Below, one piece after another: positions 1 to 11,860 of a stretch of DNA of 53,246 bases. The notes beneath the pieces were generated by a model. It was not told where the DNA came from and did not search any database. It worked only from the letters and a program-made list of their open reading frames with translations. The stretch lies in assembly GCF_004010195.1 (NCBI RefSeq), contig NC_057718.1, positions 100,028,505-100,081,750 of the forward strand, in the 5' to 3' direction. Each line of letters opens with the position of its first letter. The first letter of the stretch is position 1. The DNA comes from Chiloscyllium plagiosum (Eukaryota). The position numbers and the translations under genes were made by a program.

Positions 1-300
1 TATCACCCTCTCAGCCTCTCGAATAATCCTCAGTTCATCCAACTCCAGTTCCAGTTCCCTAACTCGTTCTGTGAGGAGCAAGATCTGACTGCATTTCCTG
101 CAGATGAAGTCGGCAGGAGTATCGGTGGTCACCCCTACCTCAAACATCCTGCAGGAGGAACATCCCACTGCCTGCGCTGCCATTACTCTACACCTCGTCT
201 CCGAAAACAAGAACACTGAGTAGCTTACCTGTGGACTTTAAAATTAGGTTAGAGGAGGAGGATGGGAGGGAGGCCCTACTATGTTCACACCAAATGCAGG
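1..300 (-). mobile_element. CR1/HER1-type LINE 5' end with ORF1 N-terminus (ATG at 183, runs off window)
   Basis: 183->1 translates MAAQAVGCSSCRMFEVGVTTDTPADFICRKCSQILLLTERVRELELELDELRIIREAERVI: CxxC..CxxC zinc finger plus leucine zipper typical of CR1 ORF1p. Confidence 0.85.
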
Positions 301-324
301 CAATCGGAACTAGCTGAGTGGGCA

Positions 325-385
325 CCATGGTCAGCATGGACCAGTTTAGGCCGAAGGGCCTGTTTCCACTCTGTATTACTCTATG
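325..385 (+). mobile_element. CR1 3' tail fragment
   Basis: ggtcagcatggacc..ggccgaagggcctgtttcc..actctatg matches the CR1 tails at 17160-17225 and 28000-28055. Confidence 0.7.
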
Positions 386-389
386 TCTT

Positions 390-1310
390 TGTGACTGCAC
401 TGTTGGAGCTGCTGCCTTTCAGATGTGATGTTAAATGGAAGCCCGTGCTTTGGTGGATGCGCAAACATATCCCACTGTATTAGTTCAAAGAAAATTAAAT
501 GAAGCATTGCTAAAGCCTTGCTAATATTGGGGAGACAGGACGCCAACTTGTGGAATGTTTCAGAGAACATCTTTGGGACTCCCACGCTAACCAACCCCAT
601 CACTCCATGGCTGAACACTTCAACTCCCCCTCCCACTCCACCAAGGACATGCAGGTCCTGGGCCTCCTCCATCGCCAAACTCTAGCCACCTGACGCCTGG
701 AGGAAGAGCACCTCATCTTCCGCCTTGGGATCTTCCAACCACACGAGCTCCATGTGGATTTCACCACTTTCCTCATTTCCCCTCCCCCAAAACCTATTCC
801 AGATCCAACCTTCCAACTCGGCACTGCCCTCATGAACTGTCCCATATGTCTATCTTCCTTCCCATCTATCCACTCCACTCTCCCCTCTGACCTATCACCT
901 ACTTCCCCACCTTCATCTACCTACCCAGCCACCTTCCCCCCAACCCTAACCCCTCCCATTTGTCTCTCAGCCCCCTTGAGCCTGCACACCAAGCACCCCC
1001 CTCTCCGCCCCACACACATTCATGAGGAAGGGCTTACGCCAAAACATCGATTCTCCTGCTCCTCAGATGCTGCCTGACCTGCTGTGCTTTTCCAGCACCA
1101 CACTCTTGACAGTAATATTTAACCCTCACTAATAGCACAAACGCCAGATTATCCGGCCATTCCATTAATGTTTTTTTGCTGATTACAGTTCGTTGCTGGG
1201 TATTCTAAATTCTGACAGGAGCAGCACTTAAAACAGTGCTTCATTGGCTGTGAAGTTGTTTGAACAATCCTAGCCAATGAACACTACTGTTTGGCCACAA
1301 GTCTTCCTTT
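390..1310 (+). mobile_element. DeuSINE (AmnSINE1/SacSINE1-like), split by a Penelope insertion
   Basis: ctgcactgttggagctgctgcctttcagatgtgatgttaaa (Deu-domain-like) left of 528; aatatttaaccctc..cagattatccgg..cttcattggctgtgaag right of 1113; halves joined by duplicated taatatt (522-528, 1113-1119). Confidence 0.7.
529..1112 (+). mobile_element. Penelope-like element 3' fragment: GIY-YIG endonuclease C-half plus pseudo-LTR (subfamily A)
   Basis: Reads IGETGRQL..FREHL..AEHFNSPSHS..RLEEEHLIFRLG..QP with an in-frame stop; C/T-rich 3' region; degenerate hammerhead at about 1020-1050; taatatt TSD. Confidence 0.85.
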
Positions 1311-1512
1311 TTAACCAAATGCCTACTTAATTCTGAATAATTAATTCGACATCAACCCATGGCCCAGAAGAAAAGATTAAAAGAAAGTGGGGCAGGATGA
1401 TTAAAGAGTCAGAGAGGGAATGTTAAAAATTGCTCAAAATATGTTTTAAAAAGTCCCAGTGATAATTAAAATCTGAAAAAATGAGGCTCTACCTTTTAAG
1501 CTTTTGAACAGA

Positions 1513-1824
1513 CAGTGGCTCAGTGGTTAGCACTGCTACCTCACGGCGCCAGGCACCCCAGTTCGATTCTACCCTCGGGCGACTGTCTACATGGAATTTG
1601 CATATTCTCCCTGCGTCTGGATGGGTTTCCTCCCACAGTCCAAAGATGTGCAGGTCCAGTGGATTGGCCATGCTAAACCAATCATAGTTGCAAGCTAAGT
1701 GGATTAACCACGGGAAATGCAAGGATAGGGTAAAGTGGTGGGTTTGGGGGGGATGCTCTTCAGAGGGTGGGTGTGGACTCTATGGGCCAAATGGCCTGCT
1801 TCCACACTGTAGGGGATTCTATGA
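1513..1824 (+). mobile_element. HE1 V-SINE
   Basis: tRNA-like A box (tggctcagtgg) and B box (gttcgattc), V domain (tttgcatattctccc..cccacagtccaaagatgtgcagg), CR1-like tail. Confidence 0.9.
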
Positions 1825-1947
1825 AATCTTAGAGTACGAGAGTAAGTGCATTTATCGTGGTGTTAAAAATTGACTTGCAATGGAATGGGAAACGCTTAAC
1901 ATGAATTGTTTTTGGTGTGTTGGTGTGTGGTAGCACATTTCACAACT

Positions 1948-2130
1948 TTGCTGGAAAAGCTCAGCAGGTCAGGCAGCACCTGTGGATAGAAAATCAGAGT
2001 TGATGTTTCAGGTCGAGTGACCCTTCCTCAGTACCCAAAACATTAACTCCGATTTCTCTCAACAGATACAGCCAGATCTGCTGAGCTTTTCCAGCAACCT
2101 CTGTTTCTGTTTCTGATCCGCAGTTCTTTC
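1948..2130. mobile_element. Penelope pLTR-derived inverted-repeat insert (subfamily C)
   Basis: ttgctggaaaagctcagcag and ctgctgagcttttccagcaa are inverted arms; minus strand reads ctgagga-agggtc actc gacct-gaaacatc (hammerhead-like). Confidence 0.75.
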
Positions 2131-3214
2131 GGCTCATATCAGAACTTTGTTTCCTTTATAAGTTTCAATTTCAAGGAACTCAGATTGATATCGTTCTCCC
2201 AAAGCATTTGAAGGAAGTGGATATCTTGGACAGCAATGTCTGAATTTCTGCGTTTAACCGCACATGTGAACTCTGGATGTTGCTGCCTGATTAGCATTTT
2301 AGCAATGGTAAGTGCTGATCGCCTCACAGTTCCTTTAACCATAAAATCCAGGTCAATAACATCTCAAAGGGAGGTAACATAATCTTGCTAGGATTTTAAT
2401 GAGAATAGCAGTAAAGAAGGAAGCTAATTGAGTGCCTCTGTAAAATTTAGAGAATTCTGCAATTCTCTGTGATCATTCTTACTCTCTAACCATTTACAGA
2501 TGATTTAAATCAATCACCAATTTAATATTGACCAAATAGCACAAGATTATTGAATCGGAGTTGAGTGTAAATTGTTACACAGCATCAGAAAATCAGGAAC
2601 GAAGGATATTGTTGACCCTCACAGTGGACTGCAGCCTGGGATTAAGATGACCCTGAATGTGTGTTGTGGATTTTCAAAAGCACCTGCTTTCTTCAGTTAA
2701 CTCTCACAACAGGCATTTCAAAATGATCAGAAACTCTTACCTGCTCCCACCCAGCCCCATGTAGTAAGATCACATTTTCAATCCCAAATGTCCTAGCTTC
2801 CTTGAACACTAATATTCTACTGAGTGCCCTGAGCAAAGCAAATGCTTCTGCAGAAAAGAGAATTCCGAATTCCAAATGCTTGATTAAATTTGCGTCATTG
2901 TCATAGTCTGAGTTAAAGTCTGTGAGGGCATATTTGAAATCTTTAGAACGGTGAGATAATGCAGCTGTGAGCTGGTTACTGAGCTTAAACCAGAGTTCAG
3001 GACAGCGGCAAATTATCCTGTAATGTGAAGACAAATGCTGGGAATATTGTCAAGGTGAATGCTGAAGGTATTTTTCTGTTTGCTATTTCTACAAAGACAT
3101 TGACCCACTTATAGGAGAACATCTATGTAAATTTGTTAAGCACATTATCCATTAACCCGCCAACAAGTCTAGGCTTCTGTTTCCACTCAACTTTAATAAG
3201 TTAACTCTTGCTAA

Positions 3215-3445
3215 TTGAAATAACTCCACAGAGGCCGGTATCCCATTGTCAAATTGCCCGTTATTTGCACATGAACAGTCCTTGGCTATAGTACTGCCCC
3301 ACTCAGAGTCAGATACCAGAGTGTCAGTAATTCAGACACTCTCCTTTTTATCTGTCAGCCAGGACTCCCTGATTAGACCAGTTTAACAGCCCCAGTCAGG
3401 GAACTCTGACTCTATAAGGTCCAGCTGGCTGACCTTATTACAATC
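3215..3445 (-). mobile_element. Solo LTR-like element, homologous to 44920-45373
   Basis: gaaataactccacagaggccggtatccc and tatctgtcagccagg..aacagcccc..tcagggaact are reverse complements of segments of the 44920 copy. Confidence 0.6.
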
Positions 3446-3482
3446 ACTGCACTAATGTCACATTTAGATTAATCAAGTACAA

Positions 3483-3678
3483 AGTGAGGACTGCAGATGC
3501 TGGAGATCAGAGCTGAAAATGTGTTGCTGGAAAAGCGCAGCAGGTCAGGCAGCATCCAAGGAGCAGGAGAATCGACGTTTCGGGATTCCTGAAGAAGGGG
3601 TTATGCCCTAAACGTCAATTCTCCTGTTCCTTGGATGCTGTCTGACCTGCTGCGCTTTTCCAGCAACACATTTTCAGC
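3483..3678. mobile_element. Penelope pLTR inverted-repeat insert (subfamily A) with 15-bp TSD
   Basis: About 75-bp inverted arms; attaatcaagtacaa duplicated at 3468-3482 and 3679-3693; hammerhead on + has GAAA changed to TAAA. Confidence 0.85.
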
Positions 3679-3737
3679 ATTAATCAAGTACAACCAACTA
3701 ACTTGCATGTCAATATGACTTCATTATCATTGTTGAT

Positions 3738-4068
3738 TCATAGAATCCCTCCAGTGCAGGAGCAGGCCATTTGGGTCCACACTAACCCTCTGAAGAGCGT
3801 CCCACCCAGACCTGCCTCCTACCCCTGTATCCCTACAATCCCCATGGCTACCCCACACATCCCTGGACACTATGAGTGATTTAGCATGGCCAATCCACCC
3901 TAACCTCCACATCTTTGGACGATGGAAGGAAACTGGAGCACCTGGAGGAACCCACATTGACACAGAGAGAATGTGCAAACTCCACACGGGCAGTCATCTG
4001 AGGGTGGAATCGAGCCCAGGTCCCTGGTACTGTGAGGCAGCAGTGCTATCCACTGAGCCACCGTGCTG
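3738..4068 (-). mobile_element. HE1 V-SINE
   Basis: Reverse complement of the HE1 pattern (gagaatgtgcaaactccacac..gtgaggcagcagtgct..ccactgagccacc). Confidence 0.9.
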
Positions 4069-4683
4069 CACTCATTGAATTATGGGAATAAATGCATGGG
4101 ATTTATCACCTCCATCCCTCATATTTTCCAGTTCATTCACCTCTAGTTGATCCATGCCACTATTTTAAACTCTCATCTATGTTTGCAAACATCTTCATGA
4201 CCTCCATCTTCCAGCCCTCCACCTCCAAACCCTCACCACTACCACTGCCAAGCGCTCCACCATAACTTTCAGCAGATTTGTGTAAGGACATAAGGGGTTG
4301 GGCAGGAGGTGGCAGTTGGCCCTTGAACCTGCACTGCTATTCCATACCATCATGACTGACCCAATCCCTGGTGTCAACTCATCATGGCACCAGCTCCTCA
4401 TAGTATTCAGCTCCTCAATATTTCAAACATCTATCCACTTTCTCTTTAAATACTTTTAAAGGCCATGTTGAGTTTTTGATCAATGGTTACCCTACCAGAT
4501 GTTGATAGTTGAGGATTCAGTGATGGTAATGCCAACGTGTAGTGGTTCGATTAAGATTGCTTTTATTTCAGTAAACCAGAATCCCAGATCATAATCTTGG
4601 GAAACATGGGTTCACATCAACATCAATAAAATTAACCAATAAAACGTCTTGTCTCCAAAGCAATGGTAGCCATGAAATTATTG

Positions 4684-4847
4684 GCATCTAGGGAACAGGA
4701 GAATCGACGTTTCGGGCATTAGCCCTTCTTCAGGCTAATGCCCGAAACGTCGATTCTCCTGTTCCCTAGATGCTGCCTGACCTGCTGCGCTTCTCCAGCA
4801 ACACATTTCCATCTCTGATCTCCAGCATCTGCAGACCTCATTTTCTC
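4684..4847. mobile_element. Penelope pLTR inverted-repeat insert (subfamily A)
   Basis: Perfect 40-bp inverted arms; gccatgaaattattg duplicated at 4669-4683 and 4848-4862. Confidence 0.85.
4703..4734 (-). ncRNA. Minimal type I hammerhead ribozyme core
   Basis: CUGAAGA-A-GGGC UAAU GCCC-GAAAC-GUC; conserved core intact, stem I flank truncated at the junction of the arms. Confidence 0.65.
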
Positions 4848-4865
4848 GCCATGAAATTATTGTTT

Positions 4866-4995
4866 GGCAAAAGTGAGGACTGCAGATGCTGGAAATCAGA
4901 GTTTAGATTCGAGCGGTGCTGGAAAAGCACAGCAGGTCAGGCAGCATCCAAGGAACAGGAAAATTGACATTTCGGGCAAAAACCCTTCATTAGGA
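4866..4995 (-). mobile_element. Penelope pLTR fragment (subfamily A)
   Basis: aaagtgaggactgcagatgctgg..ggcagcatccaaggaacagg; followed by a third atgaaattattg (4996-5007). Confidence 0.85.
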
Positions 4996-5245
4996 ATGAA
5001 ATTATTGTTGATTGATTGTGGTTCAAATGTTTACTTTAAGGGAAGGAAACTTGCAGTCCTTACCCAGTCTGGCCAAAATGACAGTCCAAGCACACAGCAA
5101 TATGGTTGACTCTTAACTGCCCTCTGAAATGGCCAAGCAAGTCCCTCAATTCAGGGCAGTTAGAGATGAGTGATAAATGCTCATCCAGGCCGTGATGCCC
5201 ACATTCCATGAAAGAATAAAACAAAATATGGATACAGGAGCTCAC

Positions 5246-5471
5246 AGTTCACAAAATGTGGCACTGGAAAAGCACAGCCGGTCAGGCAGCATCCGAGGAA
5301 CAGGAGAGTCAACGTTTCGAGCATAAGCCCTTCATCGGGAATGTCCTTCATCAGGAAGGGCTTATGCCAGAAACGTCGATTCTCCTGCTCCTCGGACGCT
5401 GCCTGATCTGCTGTGCTTTACCACACGTTATGACTCTGATCTCCAGCATTTGCAGTCCACACTTCCTCCTG
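5246..5471. mobile_element. Penelope pLTR inverted-repeat insert (subfamily A)
   Basis: Inverted arms; ggagctcac duplicated on both sides (about 5237-5245 and 5473-5481). Confidence 0.8.
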
Positions 5472-6151
5472 GGAGCTCACTGTTGAAACAATCAATTATC
5501 ACTCAGGTTTGAATCATAGTTCACCATTTTGACAAGCGGGCAACTGGACATTTGACTCATGGGTGGGCAATATGGAGGGAAGGGGGTACATTACTTCCCC
5601 TTCCAATTTCATTTTAATTTAGTCCCCTGGACTGTATTATTTTTTTGGCTAAGGTTGCTTATAACTTATTTGGAACTTGGATGTTTAATTTCTCAAACAG
5701 GGGACTTGGGGGTGATACATTTTTAAAAAAAGGAAGCATTTTGATTCCCCGAAAGGCTGGAGGTCAGTGTCATTTCAGAAGGAAGAGGGGAAATTGCTGG
5801 AGAAATAAAGCAACTCGAACTGAAATGAGAAGCAATCAAGTGTGGCAGGGAACAAGTGAATCACAGCTGAGGAGGTGGCCCTACTGATGAAAAGTGACAA
5901 TATACAGTGTAGGATTGTATCCGCCTCCTCACCACCACTTGTCAGGAGGCAAGCCTGCAAGGGATTAATGAGACAGATGAATAATAACAGCAAGAAAAAA
6001 AAACACCAAGAAAATAAAGAGAAAAGAACTGCATCTCAACAGTAAGTCTAGAGAGGCCACAGTGCTGAAATATTTCCACAATATAATGATGAACTGAGGA
6101 CTGACTGCATGTAATGGACTCTGTAAGGTCCAACAAAGTGCTCCATTTGTA

Positions 6152-6345
6152 TCAAGATTAGAGTGGTGCTGGAAACGCACAGCAGGTCAGGCAGCATCCG
6201 AGGAGCAGGAAAACCGACGTTTTGGGCAAAAGCACTTCAGAAGGGCCTTTCCTGCTCCTCGGATGTTGTCTGACCTGCTGTGCATTTCCAGCACCTCTCT
6301 AGTCTTGACCCTAATCTCCAGCATCTGCAGTACCCACTTCCACTC
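6152..6345. mobile_element. Penelope pLTR inverted-repeat insert (subfamily A) with 13-bp TSD
   Basis: tgctccatttgta at 6139-6151 and 6346-6358; inverted arms. Confidence 0.85.
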
Positions 6346-6354
6346 TGCTCCATT

Positions 6355-6790
6355 TGTACAGCAGCTTGGCTAGACCGGACCTGGAGTGTTGGTCTCCTTA
6401 TCTTTTTGCCACTGATAGAGTGCAGTGGAGGTTCACCAGGCTTGTACCCAGGGTGAGGGGTGGGCAGTGATGGGTAGGTAGAAGGGAGATTGGACCAGCC
6501 AGGGCCTGAGCATTTGGAAGACCAAGAGGAGATCTAATTAAAATTGGAAGAGATGGACAGGGTAGGTGCCGGTAAGATGTTTCACCTGGTTGGGGAGTCT
6601 AGAGTCAGGGAATACAAGTTAAGCATTTTCTCCAGATGAGAAGAAATTCCTTCACTCAGAGGGTGGTGAATTTTTGGAATTCTCTACCCAAAAGGGCTGT
6701 GGATGTTCACTCCCTGGGTACGTTTAAAGTGAAGATTAATGAATTTCTGATTGTAATTGGGGTCGGTGATGACAGGGATAGCCTGGATAG
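6355..6790 (+). mobile_element. Degenerate CR1 3' fragment
   Basis: MRRNSFTQRVVNFWNSLP..FKVKINEFL motif of the CR1 ORF2 C-terminus. Confidence 0.8.
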
Positions 6791-6799
6791 TCCACAAGA

Positions 6800-7285
6800 G
6801 CATAAGGAATATAAACAGGAGTAGGCCAGTCGGCCCCTTGAGCCCACTACATCATCCAATAGGATCATGGTTGATCCAACATTCCTCAGATCCACTTTCC
6901 TGCCTGTTCCCTGTAACCCTTGATTCCTCAACTGATCAGGAATCTATCTCAGCCTTAGGTTTGCACATGAACTCTGCCCCCACAGCTCTCTGTGTGACAA
7001 GGCATTCCAAAGACTTACAACCCTCTGAGAGAAGACGTTCCTCACATCTCAGTCTGAAATCAGTGCCCCTTTATTCTGAGGCTATACCCTCTGATCCTAG
7101 CCTCTCCCATGAGGGGAAACATCCTCTCAGCATTGACCCTGTCAAGCCCCTTCAGAATCCTATATGTCTCAATGAGATCACCTCCCAATCTTCTCAGCTC
7201 CAGGGAGTACACTCCCAACCTATTTAACCTTTGCTCCTAAGACAATCCCTCCATACTGGGGATCGGACAAGTGAACCTTCTCTGA
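6800..7285 (-). mobile_element. CR1 3' end
   Basis: cataaggaatataaacaggagtaggcc tail and ORF2 C-terminal remnant on the minus strand. Confidence 0.8.
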
Positions 7286-7582
7286 AGTCATTGAAATGTT
7301 CAGTCAGTCATGATCACTGGATGGGATAATGGTGACTTCTGTTCCTTTGATCTGAACTGTGAAGATTCTCTTTTTTTTGACTGCCAGGGTTCCAGCACTA
7401 AGAGTAACATTGAAAATCTGACATTGGCATTGCTATTAGAAAGGATACAATGAATAGACAGAAAATATCTCATTTAGTATCCATTCCATTCAGGCAGTGA
7501 TCAATTTTCACCTTTTCCTTTGGTCTGTGTCTACATTCATGCAAATGTCTGAGGCTGGACCAAGGCAAACATGCATCCTGCA

Positions 7583-9425
7583 ACAACCCCAGCTCATCCT
7601 CTGGAGTCATCACTGAGTCCATCTCAATCCCAGCTCATTCCCTACAATAATCACTGAGTCCATATCAACCGCAGCTCATCCCCTGGAGTCATCACTGAGT
7701 CCATCTCAACCCTAGCTCATCTTACAATCAGCACTGAGTCCATTTCAACCCCAACTCATCCTACAATCATCACTGAGTTTGCCACAATCCAAGCTCATCC
7801 TGCAGTCATCACTGAGTCCATCTCAATCCCAGCTCATTCCCTACAATCATCACTGAGTCCATCCCAAACCAAGCTCATCCTACAGACATCACTGAATCCA
7901 TCTCAATCCCAGATCATCCTGCAATCATCACTGAATCAATCTCAATCCCAGTTCATCCTGCAATCATCACTGAATCTATCTCAATCCCAGCTCATCCCCT
8001 ACAATCATCGCTGAGTCCATTTCAATCCCAGCTCATCCTACAATCATCACTGAATCCATTTCAATCCAAGCTCATTCTACAATCAGCACTGGGTCCATCT
8101 CAACCCCAGCTCATCCTGCAATCATCACTGAATCCATCTCAATCCCAGCTCATCCCCTACAATCATCACTGAGTCCATCTCAATCCCAGCTCATTCTACA
8201 GTCATCACTGAGTCCATCTCAACCCCAGCTCATCCTACCATCATCACTGAATCCATCTCAATCCCAGCTCATCCCCTATAATCATCACTGAGTCCATCTC
8301 AATCCCAGCTCATTCTACAGTCATCACTGAGACCATCTCAACCCCAGCTCATCCTACAATCAGCACTGAGTCCAATCAATCCAAGCTCATCCTACAGTCA
8401 TTACTGAATCCATCTCAATCCCAGCACATCCCCTACAATTATCACTGAGTCCATCTCAACCCCAGCTCATCCGACAAGCATCACTGAACCCATCTCAATC
8501 CCAGCTCATCCTACAATCATCACTGAGTCAATCTCAATCCCAGCTCATTCTACAATCATTACTGAGTCCATCTCAATCCCATCTCATTCTACAGTCATCA
8601 CTGAATCCATCTCAACCCCAGCTCATCCTACAATCATCACTGAATCCATCTCAACCCCAGCTCATCCTACAATCATCATTGAATCCATTTCAATCCCAGC
8701 TCATCCTACAATCATTACTGAGTCCATCCCAATCCCAGCTCATTCTACAGTCATCACTGAGTCCATCTCAACCCCAGCTCATCCTACAATCAGCATTGAG
8801 CCCAATCAATCCAAGCTCATCCTACAGTCATCACTGAGTCTATCTCAATCCAAGCTCATCCTACAATCATCACTGAATCCATCTCAATCCCAGCTCATCC
8901 TACAATCAGCACTGAGTCCATCTCAACCCCAGCTCATCCTACAATCATCACTCAATCCATCTCAACCCCAGCTCATCTTGCAATCATCACTGAGTCCATC
9001 TCAATCCCAGCTCATCCTACAATAAGCACTGAGTCCATCTCAATCCCAGCTCATCCTACAATCATCACTCAATCCATCTCAATCCCAGCTCATCCTACAA
9101 TCAGCACTGAGTCAATCTCAACCCCAGCTCATCCTACAATAAGCACTGAGTCCATCTCAATCCCAGCTCATCCCCTACAATCATCACTGAATCCATCTCA
9201 ATCCCAGCTCATCCTACAATCATCACTGAGTCAATCTCAATCCCAGCCCATCCCCTACAATCAGCACTGAGTCCATCTCAACCCCAGCTCATCCTACAAT
9301 AAGCACTGAGTCCATCTCAATCCCAGCTCATCCCCTACAATCAGCACTGAATCCATCTCAATCCCTGCTCATCCTACAATCATCACTGAGTCCATCTCAA
9401 CCCCAGCTCATCCCGTACAATAATC
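7583..9425. repeat. Minisatellite, 39-bp unit (41-bp variant), about 46 copies
   Basis: Consensus atcccagctcatcctacaatcatcactgagtccatctca; the variant has cccctac. Confidence 0.95.
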
Positions 9426-9472
9426 ACAAAGTTTGATGTTACTTTTTAATAAACAGAAATGTTGGAATGGAA

Positions 9473-9483
9473 ATGGATGGATG

Positions 9484-9548
<65 letters not shown>
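9473..9548. repeat. (GATG)n/(GATA)n microsatellite
   Basis: Seen directly. Confidence 0.95.
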
Positions 9549-10599
9549 CATTTATATAAATATATATGATATGCAACTGACTCATCAATTGTGGGCAAAG
9601 CAGAAGTTCTGTCCCTGTATTATCTTCTGTTTTGTTCTATATTCTGCTTTATCCAACTCGTTTACCCATGTTGTCTAAGCAACATGCATGCCCAGAGGAG
9701 AGGAACAAGAATTTGCTTCACGTTGGCATCAACTTTGATTCCCAGCACCTGTGGAACGATGCCACATCCTCTGCAGTTTGATGAATTACAGAAACACTCA
9801 CTGCATGTTGGTAATGGAACATGTTTGTAAGGGCAGGAGATTTAACGACATCTTAAGCACACATCCGAAAGTGGGAATTGGCATATCCCAATTAGAATTA
9901 AGTTTTCAGCATCAAATTTACAAAGAGATGGAGACTCGCTCACAAATTTCCCCACTTCTCAAAATCAATTATTCTGCTTCGGGTTTCTTCTGCCTTTTAT
10001 CAAAAGGTGCATATTTCTGCTGTTCCCCTCTCACCTCTGTCCCCTCTGTGCATATTCATATCTGAAAAACATAATACTGGTTTGATTGAGATCAATATGA
10101 CAATGGTGAAGCAATTTCTTTCACCCAAACTATTCTTTCTGCAGTCAACTAACCTTCAAAAGCCATACAACAAAGGGTTTAATTATATCCATTGAATCTT
10201 TAATGTTTGTGTTCACTGCAGTACAAACTCTTTGGCAAATATAACTGTCTTTTTATTTTTACAGTAAATGTGATGGTTTGTCAAACCTATATATCACAGA
10301 ACGAGGGGAATGGAAGCAGTTCTGCTGTTCTTTAAAGATCTGCAAATGGAAGTAACCATAACAACAGATCTATATTCTTGCATCACCTCATTGTTTGTTA
10401 GTGACAATCGTTCTTCATTGTCGAAAAGGCCACAAATTGCTTCTGCCTTTGTTAAATGCCACAAGCAGGCACCAAAGTTTTAAAAATGTGCTAGCCAGAT
10501 TGTCCAGGCATTTGCAAACTTAAAGGCTGTTTCCCTACAAATGGGGAGTCAAGTTGGGATCCTGTAACTAAGGGTTGCATCAAGGTGCTCTGCATGTAA

Positions 10600-10693
10600 A
10601 GAGTTAAAAATCACACAACACCAGGTTATAGTCCAACAGGTTTAATTGGAAGCACACTAGCTTTCGGAGCGACGCTCCTTCATCAGGTGATTG
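10600..10693 (-). mobile_element. Penelope pLTR fragment (subfamily B)
   Basis: aaaaatcacacaacaccaggttatagtccaacagg..; atgtaa on both flanks. Confidence 0.8.
10655..10689 (-). ncRNA. Minimal type I hammerhead ribozyme, intact
   Basis: CAC-CUGAUGA-A-GGAGC GUC GCUCC-GAAAGCUA-GUG: stem I CAC/GUG, 5-bp stem II, palindromic AGCU stem III, CUA cleavage triplet. Confidence 0.75.
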
Positions 10694-10699
10694 TATGTA

Positions 10700-10867
10700 A
10701 GATGGTGTTGTGTGTTCATGACGTTACTACACTTTAACTAATCTTGGAGCTGAACGAGTTATACCTAGGTACCTTTGTACCTAAGGTGGCCCAAGTAAGT
10801 TGCGACTTATAAACTTTTCACTGTACCCATTTGAGTGCATATGATAATAAAGCTAATTCAATTCAAC
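10700..10867 (+). mobile_element. LINE-type 3' tail (Rex1/RTE-like)
   Basis: aaacttttcactgtacc..atgataataaa..aattcaattcaa resembles the tail at 27475-27547. Confidence 0.5.
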
Positions 10868-10924
10868 CTGCAGTGTTCAGTGTCACCACATACCATTGAC
10901 ACATTGACTGGGGTTTTAAAATGC

Positions 10925-11050
10925 TGCTTATAGATATTTATAATCAACCTGCTGAGATGCTTTAGGACACACCTCTGCAGTAGCTGGGACTTGAACCCAG
11001 GTCTTTACTTGGCTCAGAGCCTGGGACAATACCACTGAACCAAAAGAGCC
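10925..11050 (-). mobile_element. tRNA-derived SINE head
   Basis: Minus strand tggttcagtgg (A box)..gggttcaagtccc (B box)..cagcaggttgatta; same family as 46998-47105. Confidence 0.6.
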
Positions 11051-11339
11051 CTACCTCATTGGCTTGAGTTTAGAAGGATGTGAGGTGATTTATAACATAT
11101 ATAATCAGAGGGCAGCCTGGTAGTGTTGCTGGTTACTGGGTGTTCCCTCTCCTGGGGAAAGGCTATAACTACAGGATGCAGATTAAAGATAAGACTTTTC
11201 CAAGGGGAGATGCTGGTGCTGTCATCTATGACCTCAGATAAATAAGCTCAGTACCCAGCTTCAGACCTCACTGCAGCCGATCCATGATTTGTTTAAAGTT
11301 CTGAAATTAAGAGGCTAGTGATGATTGTCAATTATTGTA

Positions 11340-11560
11340 AAAGCCCATCTGCTTCATGAGTTGCCTCTTAGCAAAGGAAATCCGCCATCTTTATCCAGTC
11401 TGGTCTCCTTTTGACTCCGGGCCCTCCACAACATGGGTGACTTCATGGTCCAGTGAACCACCCAGCCGGTCAGCCTCAGTGTTACCCTCACAAGGGACAA
11501 CTAGGGATGTGCAGTCAACACTGGGTCTTCCAGCAACACCCACCTCCCAGGGGATGAATG
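11340..11560 (+). mobile_element. SINE with L2/Crack-like tail (family of 4535-5225)
   Basis: aaggaaatccgccatctttatccagtctgg..gggacaactagggatg..atgaatg. Confidence 0.65.
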
Positions 11561-11614
11561 AGAGAGAGAGAGATATATATATAGAGAGAGAGAGAGACAG
11601 AGACAGAGAGAGAG
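11560..11614. repeat. (GA)n/(TA)n microsatellite
   Basis: Seen directly. Confidence 0.9.
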
Positions 11615-11639
11615 ATGAGGTGCAGCTTTGTCTGTCTGG

Positions 11640-11860
11640 GTGAGGGAGGTGTGCCGTAAGGCTGTGTGGTTCCCTACCCTGGGCCATTGACTGTACTCGA
11701 GGCTGAGTAAGATTTCTGTCAGATGAAGGAGTCAAGGTGGGGGTGGGTGGGGCAGATGAGAAACTGAGGCTGAGAACACAATCAGATCAACCATGATCTT
11801 ATGGAATGATGGAGCAGGAGCAGGCTTGAAGGGCTGAATGGCCTACTCCTGCTGCTGAGT
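11640..11860 (+). mobile_element. Degenerate CR1 3' end
   Basis: gatcaaccatgatctt..gaagggctgaatggcctactcctgct tail. Confidence 0.7.

Larger units (their letters stand above)
4535..5225 (+). mobile_element. tRNA-derived SINE with L2/Crack-like tail, interrupted by two Penelope inserts
   Basis: ggaaggaaact..ccttacccagtctggcc..cacagcaatatggttgactcttaactgccctctg..gggcagttag..ataaatgc..cccacattccatgaa, shared with 11340-11560, 21200-21660, 30250-30415 and 39450-40030. Confidence 0.7.

Noticed and set aside
7583..9425. Mucin-like PTS exon (one + frame reads IPAHPTIITESIS)
   Set aside because: Frequent 41-bp and 38-bp units shift the frame into stops; no long ORF is maintained.
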